Below are positions 11,909-24,695 of a stretch of DNA of 64,000 nt, in pieces. The notes beneath the pieces were generated by a model. It was not told where the DNA came from and searched no databases. It saw only the letters and a program-made list of their open reading frames with translations. The stretch is from NCBI RefSeq assembly GCF_044704955.1, contig NC_091999.1:24552001-24616000 (forward strand), given 5' to 3'. A program made the translations under genes and the position numbers. Position 1 is the first letter of the stretch, and every line of letters begins with the position of its first letter. The stretch comes from Pristiophorus japonicus (lineage: Eukaryota).

Positions 11909-12036
11909 CTTCACGAGCGTGACGGCAGCGCTGTAGGAAATGCTCAGGAAGAACAGGATGATGAATGTGGAAGCTGTTGTCCAGATGTTGCCGCTCTCGT
12001 CCTCATAGTCTTCATTCCAGATGTGGTCTGAGGAAT
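11909..12036 (-). CDS. IGHM: IgM membrane exon TM1
   Basis: (D)SSDHIWNEDYEDESGNIWTTASTFIILFFLSISYSAAVTLVK with the conserved antigen-receptor TM (CART) motif. Acceptor CCCGTAG, donor AAG|GTGGGA. Not in the supplied ORF track. Confidence 0.95.
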
Positions 12037-12234
12037 CTACGGGGATGTAGGGGAGGAAATATATTCAGATCGTTTATTAATCCCGGGTATCATACTATTA
12101 TTTTATATTCTCTTTTTTTCACCTTAAAGTATTAGTTTGATCTTTAATTGGACTTTCAATGTATATTTTGTGTTATGTTAATCACTCTCAGCAACCTCTC
12201 ACTGTTCCTCACTCCACTGCCGCTCTTCCATTAT

Positions 12235-15200
12235 AGAAACATAGAAACATAGAAACATAGAAAATAGGTGCAGGAGTAGGCCATTCGGCCCTTCTAGCCT
12301 GCACCGCCATTCAATGAGTTCATGGCTGAACATGCAACTTCAGTACCCCCTTCCTGCTTTCTCACTATACCCCTTGATTCCCCTAGTAGTAAGGACTTCA
12401 TCTAACTCCTTTTTGAATATATTTAGTGAATTGGCCTCAACAACTTTCTGTGGTAGAGAATTCCACAGGTTCACCACTCTCTGGGTGAAGAAATTCCTCC
12501 TCATCTCGGTCCTAAATGGCTTCCCCCTTATCCTTAGACTGTGTCCCCTGGTTCTGGACTTCCCCAACATTGGGAACATTCATCCTGCGTCTAACCTGTC
12601 TAAACCCGTCAGAATTTTAAACGTTTCTATGAGGTCCCCTCTCATTCTTCTGAACTCCAGTGAATACAAGCCCAGTTGATCCAGTCTTTTTTGATAGGTC
12701 AGTCCCGCCATCCCGGGAATCGGTCTGGTGAACCTTCGCTGCACTCCCTCAATAGCAAGAATGTCCTTCCTCAGGTTAGGAGACCAAAACTGTACACAAT
12801 ACTCCAGGTGTGGCCTCACCAAGGCCCTGTACAATTGTAGCAACACCTCCCTGCCCCTGTACTCAAATCCCCTCGCTATGAAGGCCAACATGCCATTTGC
12901 TTTCTTAACCGCCTGCTGTACCTGCATGCCAACCTTCAATGACTGATGTACAATGACACCCAGGTCTCTTTGCACCTCCCCTTTTCCTAATCTGTCACCA
13001 TTCAGATAATAGTCTGTCTCTCTGTTTTTATCACCAAAGTGGATAACCTCACATTTATCCATATTATACTTTATCTGCCATGCATTTGCCCACTCACCCA
13101 CCCTATCCAAGTCGCTCTGCAGCATCATAGCATCCTCTTCGCAGCTCACACTGCCACCCAACTTAGTGTCATCCGCAAATTTGGAGATACTACATTTAAT
13201 CCCCTCATCTAAATCATTAATGTACAGTGTAAACAGCTGGGGCCCCAGCACAGAACCTTGCGGTACCCCACTAGTCACTGCCTGCCATTATGAAAAGTCC
13301 CCATTTACTCCTACTCTTTGCTTCCTGTCTGACAACGAGTTCTCAATCCATGTCAGCAAACTACCCCAATCCCATGTGCTTTAACTTTGCACATTAATCT
13401 CTTGTGTGGGACCTTGTCGAAAGCCTTCTGAAAGTCCAAATATACCACATCACCTGGTGCTCCCTTGTCCACTCTATTGAAAACATCCTCAAAAAATTTC
13501 AGAAGATTTGTCAAGCATGATTTCCCTTTCACAAATCCATGCTGACTTGGACTTGTTATATTACCTATTACCAAATGCACTGCTATGACATCCTTAATAA
13601 TTGATTCCATCATTTTACCCACTACCCATGTCAGGCTGACCGGTCTATAATTCCCTGTTTTCTCTATCCCTCCTTTTTTAAAAAGTGGGGTTACATTGGC
13701 TACCCTCCGCTCCATAGGAACTGATCCACAGTCAATGGAATGTTGGAAAATGACTGTCAATGCATCCACTATTTCCAAGGCCACCTCCTTAAGTACTCTG
13801 GGATGCAGTCCATCAGGCCCTGGGGATTTATCGGCCTTCAATCCCATCAATTTCCCCAACACAGTTTCCCGACTAATAAGGATTTCCCTCAGTTCCTCCT
13901 CCTTACTCGACCCTCCGACCCCTTTTATATCCGGAAGGTTGTTTGTGCCCTCCTCAGTGATTACCGAACCAAAGTACTTGTTCAATTGGTCCGCCATTTC
14001 TTTGTTCCCCGTTATGACTTCCCCTGATTCTGACTGCAGGGGACCTACGTTTGTCTTTACTAACCTTTTTCTCTTTACATATCTATAGAAACTTTTGCAA
14101 TCCGTCTTAATGTTCCCTGCAAGCTTCTTCTCGTACTTCTTTTTCCCTGCCCTAATCAAACCCTTTGTCCTCCTCTGCTGAGTTCTAAATTTCTCCCAGT
14201 CCCCGGGTTCGCTGCTATTTCTGGCCAATTTGTATGCCACTTCCTTGGCTTTAATGCTATCCCTGATTTCCCTTGATAGCCACGGTTGAGCCACCTTCCC
14301 TTTTTTATTTTTACGCCAGACAGGAATGTACAATTGTTGTAGTTCATCCATGCGGTCTCTAAATGTCTGCCATTGCCCATCCACAATCAACCCCTTCAGT
14401 ATCATTCGCCAATCTATCCTAGCCAATTCACGCCTCATACCTTCAAAGTTACCCTTCTTTAAGTTCTGGACCATGGTCTCTGAATTAACTGTTTCATTCT
14501 CCATCCTAATGTAGAATTCCACCTTATTATGGTCACTCTTCCCCAAGGGGCCTCGCACAACGAGATTGCTAATTAATCCTCTCTCATTACACAACACCCA
14601 GTCTAAGATGGCCTCCCCCCTAGTTGGTTCCTCGACATATTGGTCTAAAAAAACATCCCTTATGCACTCCAGGAAATCCTCCTCCAACGTATTGCTTCCA
14701 GTTTGGTTAACCCAATCTATGAGCATATTAAAGTCACCCATTATAACTGCTGCACCTTTATTGCACGCACCCCTAATTTCATGTTTGATGCCCTCCCCAA
14801 CATCACTACTACTGTTTGGAGGTCTGTACACAACTCCCACTAACGTTTTTTGTCCTTTGGTATTCTGGAGCTCTACCCATATAGATTCCACATCATCCAA
14901 GCTAATGTCCTTCCGAACTATTGCCTTAATTTGCTCCTTCACCAGCAATGCTACCTCACCTCCTTTTCCTTTTATTCTATCTTTCCTGAATGTTGAATAC
15001 CCCTGGATGTTGAGTTCCCAGCCCTGATCATCCTGGAGCCACGTCTCCGTAATCCCAATCACGTCATATTTGTTAACATCTATTTGCACAGTTAATTAAT
15101 CCAAATTGTTGCGGATACTCCTTGCATTAAGACACAAAGCCTTCAGGCTGTTTTTTTTAACACCCTTTGTCCTTTTAGAATTTTGCTGTACAGTGGCCCT

Positions 15201-15342
15201 TTTTGTTCTTTGCCTTGGGTTTCTCTGCCCTCCACTTTTCCTCATCTCCTTTCTGTTCTTTGCTTTTGCCTCCTTTTTGTTACCCTCTGTCTCCCTGCAT
15301 TGGTTCCCATCCCCCTGCCATATTAGTTTAACTCCTCCCCAA
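12235..15342 (-). mobile_element. CR1-clade LINE: end of ORF1 plus near-complete ORF2 (APE endonuclease-RT) with few lesions; candidate TSD CATTAT
   Basis: ORFs 13353-15089, 12580-13278 and 12340-12579 (GITETWL, GDFN, SDH, YRPVSLT, VPQGSVLGP, FADD). (TTTCTATG)n 3' tail. CATTAT at 12229-12234 and 15343-15348. Confidence 0.95.
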
Positions 15343-15839
15343 CATTATGATCCTCCTATAGTCCGTTTTGGAAAATATGATAGTTTTTCTTCCATGTCAG
15401 AGGCTAATTGATTTTGGATGACTTTGCTACGATCTACCATTCGGGAATAATACGACGAAACATCGAGGAAGGTGTACAGCAGGATATCGATTATTTTTCC
15501 GCTAGGTTAAGGTAGTTACTTAGTTGGAGGCTGCCAAGGAGGCTTTTAAGAGATTAGTTGTGAGTTATAACCTTTTTTTTATATATGTTACGGCAATGCT
15601 CTGAACATAAATAACGTTTCAGCTTGCAACAACTACATTGATCCAGTGTATGTGTAAGGCCAGAATAGTGAAATGTTAGATATTATGGTATCAATAATTA
15701 TTTATTCAGGCCAAGCATTGGATACTTTGCCCGTCCAAAAACTGCATCTTTGTTCTACATTCTTCTATAGCCTGACGTTTTTGTTTGTGCTCTTTAGTGT
15801 CTATATCACTGTATAACTATCTGTTGTTCTGGATTAGTC

Positions 15840-16965
15840 AGTGTTTGTGTTCCCTGTGAGGGTGTTGATCTGTGGGGTTGTGCGTGTGTGTATTTCTAAG
15901 ATTGTGTATGTGTGTGTAAATCTTTCTTTATGTTTTGTTTAAGAATGCGTGTGTTTTTATGTAAGTGTGTGTGTTTAAATTTAATTGTGAGTGTGAGATT
16001 TGGTGTAGGTGAGTGTGTGTACTTTTATGTGTAAGCATGTTCATATCAAAGGGTTTGTGTGTGTGTGTGTGTGTGCAAGTGTGTTCATGTGTGTGCTTAT
16101 GTGTAAGTGTATGTGTAACCCGGTGTATATGTATGTTCATGTGTGTGTTTCCCTGTAAGTGTATATGTATGGTTATGTCCAAGTGTTTGCTAATGTTGAG
16201 GTGTAAGTGTGTGTTTGTGAGTTTTCATGTCACATTGTGTGTACCTGTAAGTTTGTCTGTGTGTGTTTTTGTTAGATTGTGTTTGGATTTATATGCGTGT
16301 TCATACTTGTGTAAATGTGTTCAGGTGTGTGTTTCCCTGTAAGTGTACGGCTATGTCTCAGTGTTGTTCATGTTTAGGTGTAAGCGTGTGTGTGTTTATG
16401 TGTAGCAATGGGTTTGCAGGTAAGTTTGTGTGTGTTTGTGTGTGTGTGTTTTGTGAAAGTGTGTGTTTTGATTGATGTGTGTGTCTAAGTGCAATAGTAT
16501 GTTTGCATGTAAGCGTGTGTGTGTTTTGTGTAAATGTGTGTTTGGATTGATGCGTTTGTTTACGAGTGTGTGTGTGTTTTGTGTAAGTGTGTGTGTGGAT
16601 TGATGTGTATTTATGTGTGTGTAAGTGTGTGTAAGTGTGTTTTGTAAGTGTATGTGTATGGATTGATGCGTGTGTCTATGTGTGTATAAGTGTGTTTTGT
16701 GTAAGTGTGTGTGTGGATTGATGTATGTGTTTATGTGTGAGTAAGTGTGTGTAAGTGTGTTTTGTAAGTGTGTGTGTATGGATTGATGCGTGTGTCTATG
16801 TGTGTGTAAGTTTGTTTTGTGTAAGTGTGTGTGTGGATTGATGTATGTGTTTATGTGTGTGTAAGTGGGTGTAGGTGTGCTTTGTGTCAGTGTCTGTGTG
16901 GATTGATGTGTGTGTCTATGTGTGTGTAAGTGTGTGTAAGTATCCGTTGTGTAAGTGTGCATTTA
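15840..16965. repeat. Degenerate (TG)n/GT-rich simple repeat
   Basis: Visible directly in the sequence. Confidence 0.95.
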
Positions 16966-17873
16966 GATTGACGTGTATTATTGCTATTGTTAAAATTTTC
17001 AGAGAGTACCAATAACTGGATTTGACAATGATGGTTTTCATTATATTCGAGTTATGTATAATATTATGTGTCAGAGTGTTAACGTATGTCTTTATATGTA
17101 AGTCTCTGTGTGTTACTGTGAAATTGTGCACTTACACAAAAATACACACACTTTTACAAAATCATCATCACACTTACATATGAACACAGACAGACTCACT
17201 TTCACATGTATTCTCCCTGCTCTGTGTAAATGTGTCCTGTGTGAGGCGCAATGTGACGTCAGCCGAAGGAATGCAACAATTCAACCGATGGGCCTCAGAA
17301 ATATCAGGGACACAACTATGAGAAACCCGCAGAGGATTCAATCACCAGTTTAGATATGGCCCATTAGAATTCAGCATGTTAGTTTACAATTAACAGGGAC
17401 TATTTAATTAAAAAATATTACGTGGAATAAATAGTTATTTCAGAATATAATAATCATGTGGCAAGTTTAAAATCTTTTGATCATGGGTTAGAATGTGACA
17501 TTGTACTGATGGCAACTTAGTGCATTTACAAGAGAGTGGTTCATTTCCCATCTCCCTGTGGGAGGGGCAGTGGGGGTTACGAAAATTATGCATTTCCCGT
17601 TCCCCTCTCGCTGGTGGGTATGAGAGGTACAGTGAGTTAAAATTACCCTTTACTCTCTCTCTGCTGAAGTTACTTTCAGGAATCCTGTAATGAGAGAACT
17701 TCACCCAGTCTCTAACCCATGGTGTATCTGAGCTGGGAGCGCTGGCTGTATAAGCCTTGGGACCGAGACACGCAAACACTCTACTTCAGACAAACAGCCC
17801 TCACATTGGCAAAACTAGGAAACATAGCTAATTGAGCGGCTGCCTGTTTAACTCACGATTGGAAAAAAAGCCC

Positions 17874-17889
17874 TTTATTGTTTTTTATT
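17874..17889 (-). terminator. Secretory-form polyadenylation signals (two AATAAA)
   Basis: TTTATT on the plus strand at 17874-17879 and 17884-17889, 30-45 nt after the secretory stop. Confidence 0.8.
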
Positions 17890-17917
17890 TAAGAACTGAA
17901 ATGCAATCGAGAGATTC

Positions 17918-18309
17918 TCATTGACAAGAATTGACGGTGTCCATCAGAACAAGGGAAATGTTGACGAAACTGGGTTTACCGCTGGATTTATTGATGGTTC
18001 TGTTGGTGATCTTCAAGGGGATCGCTTCGTGTCCCACCACACAGGAGTAAGAAGCGCCGCTGGCCCACTCCTCGGCTGCAACGGATAGCAGACTGTACAT
18101 GAAGAAGGAGCTGCTGCCGTTCTCCGCCATCACCTCGGTGTTCTTGTAGTTGCCGGAATCCACCGGCTTGTCATTGACGGTCCATTTGACGAAGATCTCT
18201 CGGGGGGTGAAACCTCTCACTAAGCAGGTGAGGCTGACCAACCTCTGAGCGGAGACTTCTTCTGCCGAGTGCAGGAGGACAGACACGGCCGGTTCCCGCG
18301 GATCTTTCG
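17918..18309 (-). CDS. IGHM: IgM Cmu4 exon plus secretory tailpiece
   Basis: (A)[12 protein letters not shown]...SLTCLVRGF...KWTVN...[13 protein letters not shown]...[20 protein letters not shown]. Tailpiece has the NIS sequon and penultimate Cys. Internal donor AGC G|GTAAA at 17980/17979 for splicing to TM1. Confidence 0.97.
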
Positions 18310-19228
18310 CTGTGGAACAGTTACAATAAAGGCCAATGAACTGGACAGTTCCAGAGACAATGGGAAAACTTTAAATCAATACAGCAGGCGGGTTTTGGGC
18401 GTGGAGGTTTTTAAATTGTTAAAAATAGGAATCCCGACGTCAACGCGCCCACTCCCGGTTGTAATATTATATTTGAGTAAAATATTTAAATGGGACTGGA
18501 ATCTTCTATTTTAACCACCATTTGGTGATTAACTGTCGCTGGTCCGGTTTGACACACTGTGTAAATCCCTGCAGTTACAGCGAGGCGGGGACTGCTGCAC
18601 CCAGGTGGTAATTGCCCATACACCTACCTCCTGGATCCAGGGTCCCTGTGTAACCCAGCCCCCGCGATCCGAGACCTCCTGACTCGGCTTCCAATCCTCC
18701 CGTTCTCCCGGGTGGCCTGTGAGACCACCGCCCACAACTGGTCTTCCTCATTTAAATTCAGCCAATTTCAGGTGGTTAGATGTGAGAGAAATGGACACTG
18801 CGTTGAATTTTAAAGCTTTTCCTTTTCCCCTCTGGGGCCTCTCTGGTTTTCCATCCCGCAGCAGAGGAAACACAATCTTTCTCTCTGAAATCTCCAAGGG
18901 TTGGTCTGGAAAATTACATAGAATTTACTGCACAGAATGAGGAGATTTGGCCAACTGGTCTATGCCGGTGTGTATGTTTCACACAAGCCTCCTCCTAGCT
19001 CACTTAATCTATTCCTAATAACATACCCTTCTATTCCTTTCTCACTCATGGACTTGTCCAGTTTCCCCTAAAATACATAATGTCAGGTCCCAGAGTGCTG
19101 AGTTCGTGGAATTACCAAACTGAATGATCAGAGTAGCCCATTAAACACTTTATATAATGAATTGTCCCTTGCACATGCACTGGAAATCGTCACAGTATCT
19201 CACTTATTGCAACAATCTCCGCGCTCAC

Positions 19229-19537
19229 CCTTTTCCTTGTGGATGGAATCTCTGAGAGGAGTCGGCATATCCTGATGGCTCACCACGCAGTAGAACTTAT
19301 CCCCACTCAGCCAGTCTTGTGTTGAGATGTTTAAGTTGCTGATCACTATGTTGGGATCCTCTCCCGGCTGGAAGGCAATCTCTGATTTCAAAGCCTCCTT
19401 TTCCCGGGTCCAGGTCACGGTGAGCCCATAAGGAGCCTCAGACACGACGCAGGTTAAGGTCACCATCGCCTCCAGTAAGACCTGTTCCAATGACGGTGGG
19501 CGAAGAGTGATTTTTGAATCGCTGCATGGGACAACCA
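19229..19537 (-). CDS. IGHM: IgM Cmu3 exon
   Basis: [33 protein letters not shown]...W...[22 protein letters not shown]. Acceptor TTTCCCAG, donor G|GTGAG. Confidence 0.96.
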
Positions 19538-20929
19538 CTGGGAAACAGGAATGAAAGTCAGGAAAAGCTGAAGCTTCAGAATCCGGACACCAATATTTAG
19601 CCTTAAATCTTTCAAGGGGAATATATCACTTTTGAGATATCAACCTCTCGCTGTTGCCTCAACACCGGCGTTATTGGAAGGACAATGAATTGGCAACGAT
19701 TCCGAGAGATCTGTAACATTTCTTGTGTATTTGCAGCCAGAGCCACCTGTAATGGGCTGTGAAGCAAATACCCGGCATAAAATGGGAATACATTGTGTTA
19801 GGCATGGAATAGCGCTCTTCCTGAAATCCCTTGCTCCTTTAAGCCCGTCCATAGATCCTTGCACCCAAATGCATCACCGTTGGTTATAATAGCTGAAGCC
19901 CGAAAAGCCCGAAGTTCAAGAGGTCTACACCAGACATTATACTGGTTCAAAACCAGTGTCAAATTAATTTCAGGATTTATGGGACAACAGGAAACAAAGT
20001 TAAGTTTCTGGTCTCTTGCTGCGTTTTTTGTTGCAGTGAAAATGTGCAGGAACCAGTCACAGCCCCCGTCAGAGGAGAAGTGCAAGTTCGGGAGAATGGA
20101 GTTCCAAGGAATCTTTGTGGTGCGGCATCATTTGGAATGATGTGAGGTCGTTTGTTAATTTCTGTAATTACTGAACATTTATCATGTCTGGTGAGAGAGA
20201 TTCAGAGAGAAATATGACCTCAGGGCATTAATAGCAACATAGGAACAGGAGGAGGGCATTCAGTCCATCCATCCTGTCTCGCCAACCAGTTAGATCATGG
20301 CTGATGAACACTCAACACCATCTTCACGCATTGGTTATGTAACCCTTGATAACCTTGCCTGACAAAAATCTATAAATCTCAATTTTCAACTTTTCAATTG
20401 AAAACAAGTGTCAGCAGCTTTTGGGGAGGGAAATCCCGACTTGCAATATTCTTCTTGTGAGAAAATACTTGTTCTCGACTCTTTCATCAAACTAAATAAA
20501 TGTTGTATATCTACTCGATCAATTCCTTTTATCAACTTAAACACGTCAATTGGATCATCTCTTAACGTTTTATACTCGTCGACTGATCATTTTACATTAT
20601 TAGCCCCGGTTTAATTCGGGTAAACCTGCAGTTTAGCGCCTCCATGTATATCCTTCCTGTGGTGCGGAGCCGAGAATTGAGCTCAGTGCTCTGAATAGGG
20701 TAGATGCCCATTCTAGCAGGATTCCTGGACAGTTGGCAGGAAAGGGTTCCAGACTCCGACAGCCGCTCCTTATATGATCAGCCAACTCAGGATAAACCTG
20801 AGACTAAGGACACTTCACTCACTGCCTGACATCAGAGCAAGGGGAAAGCTTCTTTGGCGAGGTTAATAAATCCTGAGCAATGAGGAATCCTGAACCAGAA
20901 GATCCTGGATTGAATTTCCACTCCAGATA

Positions 20930-21312
20930 TTTGATCACAAAATGTAAGCTGAGTCTCCCAGTGCAGTACTGGGGGCATGGCGCACTATTGGAGTTGCCGT
21001 CTGTCGGATCAGGTGTTAAACCGAGGATCCGTCTGGCCTCTCAGGTGGAGGTAAAAGATACTCTGGCATTATTTCAATGAAAAGCAGAGGAGTTCTCCCT
21101 GGTGGCCTGTGAATATTTATCCCTCAAGAAATATCACTCAACAAAAAAAAATGGTCATTATCACACTGCTGTTTGTGGGAGCTTGCTGTGGACTAAATGA
21201 CTGCCGTACTTTGTACATTACAACTGTGACCACATTTCACAACTTAATTCATTGGCTGGCAAGCGTTTTGGTTCAGTCTGTGGTCGCTGAAGGCGCTGTA
21301 TAAAGGCAAGTT
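20930..21312 (+). mobile_element. Deu-domain SINE (SacSINE1/AmnSINE-like)
   Basis: Deu-domain sequence (GTTAAACCGAGG..CCGTCTG..CTCTCAGGTGGA..TAAAAGAT..; ACATTACAACTGTGAC) recognised from recall. Homologous copies at ~38830-39260 and ~50405-50860 on the minus strand. Confidence 0.7.
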
Positions 21313-21445
21313 TGTATCGCAAGAATACACAAACTGCATGATTGGAAATTAGGAACAGTCCTCTGCTTTTTACTAATTCCAATAAAATCCTTACTGAGGT
21401 CAGCGCTCAGAATGGTGTGCAATCTCCCGGGATTGTGCCTCTTAC

Positions 21446-21763
21446 CCTGAGATCTGCTGAAGTTACGGTTTTGCGTGACCCCTTCATGAGTGACCTGGCA
21501 GGTGTAGACCGAGCCGGTGAACCATTCCTCGGCGGGGACTGTCAGCCGACTGGCCGTCAAGAAGTTCCCGTTCACCTCAAAGACGGGAGAGGTGATGATG
21601 CCCGAATCCATGAGTTGTCCACTCTTCAGCCAATTCACGGTCAGTGATTTTGGCCTGAAATCGATGATTGAACACACGGCGCTTGCATATCTGCTGCTGG
21701 TGATTTGTTCAGTGGAACTCAGCGTGAGGAGAACAGTTGGAGGAACGATGTCCGGTTCAGGAT
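21446..21763 (-). CDS. IGHM: IgM Cmu2 exon
   Basis: (D)[46 protein letters not shown]...[20 protein letters not shown]. Acceptor TTTTTTGAAG, donor G|GTAAG. Confidence 0.95.
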
Positions 21764-21884
21764 CTTCAAAAAAAAACATATTATTGACATTGCTTGGAAA
21801 ATAATTGATTAAGAAATGCAAAGTGTCCTTATATTTTAACAGGTTCTTTGCTGTCAGACGAACACTAACCTGGCATTTACAGAG

Positions 21885-22635
21885 AGCAGAACTGTGCACA
21901 GTATTCTCAGTTTAATATGCAGACCGGAACTGTGCATAATATTCTAAGTGCGATATGGGGACCAGAACCATGCACAATATTCTAAGTGTGATATGGAGAC
22001 TAGAACTATGCACACTATTCTCAGTATGATATGGAGACCAGAACTTTACACTGTATTCTAAGTATGAGATGGAAACCAGAACTTTAAGCAATATTCTAAG
22101 TGTGATATGGAGAACAGAACTATGCATACTATTCTAAGTGTAATATGGAGACCAGAATATGCACACTATTCTCAGTATGATATGGAGACCAGAACTTTAC
22201 ACTGTTTTCTAAGTATGAGATGGAAACCAGAACTTTAAGCAATATTCTAAGCGTGATATGGAGAACAGAACTGTGTACAGTATTCTAACTGTGATATGGA
22301 GACCGGAACTGTGCATAATATTTTAAGTATGATGTGGAGAGCTAACTTTCGACAGTATTCTAAGTATGAGATGGAAACCTGAATTGTGAACAATATTCTA
22401 AATGTGATAAGGAGACTAGAACTGTGCACAGTATTCTAATTATTATATGGAAACCAGAACTGTACACAATACTCTAAGTGTAATATGGAGACCAGAACTG
22501 TACACAATATTACAAGTATGATAGGGAGAGCAGAATTGTACACAATACTCTAAGTGTGAATTGGTTGACGAGAACTGTACACAGTATTCTAAGTATGATA
22601 TGGAGAGCAGAACTGTACACAGTACTCTAAGTGTT
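21885..22635. repeat. 38-bp minisatellite in Cmu1–Cmu2 intron (AGAACTGTACACAGTATTCTAAGTATGATATGGAGACC)
   Basis: GAAC motif at 21889, 21927, 21965 and onward. Confidence 0.95.
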
Positions 22636-22712
22636 GTCTAACCAAATTTCTCTACAAGTTGAACATAATTTCTCACCTTATCATTGTTTGCCCTGTAATC
22701 CACATCACTAAC

Positions 22713-23012
22713 CTAGCATTGTGATGGCCCAGACCGACACACCACGTCGAACCTCGCAGTAGATTGTGCTGCTCCCCACATCTGACTCGGCGATGGTTAA
22801 CTGGCTGCTCTGCGTGTAGATTCCCTTCTTGTTGAGCACTGACGGGTAGGTATTCAATCCAGTGGTGATTGGCTCTTTATCTTTCTTCCAGGAAAGGCTG
22901 GTGATGTCGGGGGAGTAGTCCATCGCCAAACAGCCGTACGTGATGGAGCCATCGGTACTGGGTTGTTCACAGGAGGAGAGCAGGGCGTAGAGGGTGGGGG
23001 GAGACGGTGTTA
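22713..23012 (-). CDS. IGHM: IgM Cmu1 exon
   Basis: (V)[63 protein letters not shown]...IYCEVRRG, typical of shark Cmu1. Acceptor TTTCCCAG, donor G|GTTAG. Confidence 0.97.
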
Positions 23013-23789
23013 CTGGGAAAGAATGGCCCATTGAACAAGTTAGACTCTGTAATCCGTGCTTATAAAAGAAATAAACAGCTCGAAATTTGACTGCAGAATA
23101 AACTAATTCCACCATTTCCCCATCAAAGACTACACGGGCATTTGAGTTTCTGTCAGTTCCATCATAAGGACCTGTCGATGCCCTGGTCAGGAACACACCT
23201 CTCTATCCCCGAGCTCTATCACATTACACAACAAGAACATTTACACAACTCGTCAATAAAGAATCCTTCATTGGATCATACAATAGAAGAACAGAGACGT
23301 GTTCCTGCTATTTCGGCCTCCATTTATTTCTCAATCAGCACCATTTCTGGTCCTTTATTTAATTGCAGTTTGGGGAAATTTGCTCTGTGCACATTGCCTG
23401 CGGCGTATCCCTACAAAACTACAGTGACTGCACTTCAAAGTAACAGCGGAATTCCTGCTTCGGACGTTAGCAAAAAACCCTCTAAATTTGCATACCACAT
23501 AATTCAACAGGTAGCATTTCCATAGTTAAGTTTCTAAGCTTCAAGCTGTCGGTGAATTGCGATTAAGTCGAATTTCTCCCTCATTTTCTCAGCATTTGAT
23601 GGAGACCGATGTCCCTCAGTGCACTGTGATCTGGGCTCTATCCCATCCCATTGAATGCATGTCTCTTGAGTTTCCTCCTCCCTGCCACTCAATTAATAAT
23701 CCGAATAAAATACCATTCCAAAATCCGGTTAATTGGAAGTTTCTCCTTAAATGGCCCATTTCAGTTCCCATTGTTGTTCTTGTTATATC

Positions 23790-24695
23790 ACAATGACCTG
23801 GACTTGGTTATAGGGAATACAATTTCGAAGTTCGAAGGTGATGCAAAACCTGGCAACGTAGCCAATAGTGAGCATGAAAGCAGCAGACTCCATGAGGAGA
23901 CAGATGGACCAGTGAAATGCGCCGGGACATGGCAATTGCAATTTAATGCGAATCATTGAGAAGCGATGCACATTGGGTGGAAGATGGAGAAGCAGTATAA
24001 TCTAAATAGTATTGTTTTGAGGGGATGCACGAACAGAGAAATCTAGATGAACATATTCAAAAATCTTTGAAGGGGGCAGGGCAAACTGGTAAGACAGTTA
24101 TGAAAGCGTATGGGATACTTGACTTTGTAAATGGGCCATTGACAACAAGAACAAGACGGTTATGCTAAACTTACAGATCACGTGTTAGGCCTCAGCTGGG
24201 GTATTGTGCACAATTCTGGAACAACAATGTAGGAAGGATGTCAAGCCATTGGGGAGTGTAGAGGGGAAGCTTTTACCAGGATGATGCCAGGGATGGGGTC
24301 TTCAGTTATGTGGATAGATTGGAGAAGCTGGGATATTCTCCTTAGAGCAGAGGTTAAGAGGAGACCGAAGAGAGATATTCAACATTATGACAGGTTTTGA
24401 TAGAGCAAGTAGGGAGAAACTGCTTCCGCTGGAAGGTAGGTGGGTAACCAAAGGTCACAAATTTAAAATAATTGGCAAAAGATCAAAAGGGGAAATTGGG
24501 GTAATTTTTTCACACAGAGGGTTGGTAATTTCAGGAATGCTCCAGGCAGTTCCTCCTGTACGTCAGGAGGACTCAGTGGCACGTTTAGAAGGAAAACCCT
24601 GGGGAGTTGGACAAAATTGGACAGCTCTTTCAGAGCCGGCATAGGCACGATGCCTGAATGGCCTTTTCAGTGCTGTGAGATGCTATCATTCTACA
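23790..24695 (+). mobile_element. Old CR1 LINE 3' fragment in the J–C intron
   Basis: NDLDL..GNTISKF.GDAK, WQLQFN and RPQLGYCAQFW remnants. Confidence 0.8.

Noticed and set aside
15928-16962. His/Thr- and Cys/Val-rich ORFs
   Set aside because: Translations of TG repeats.
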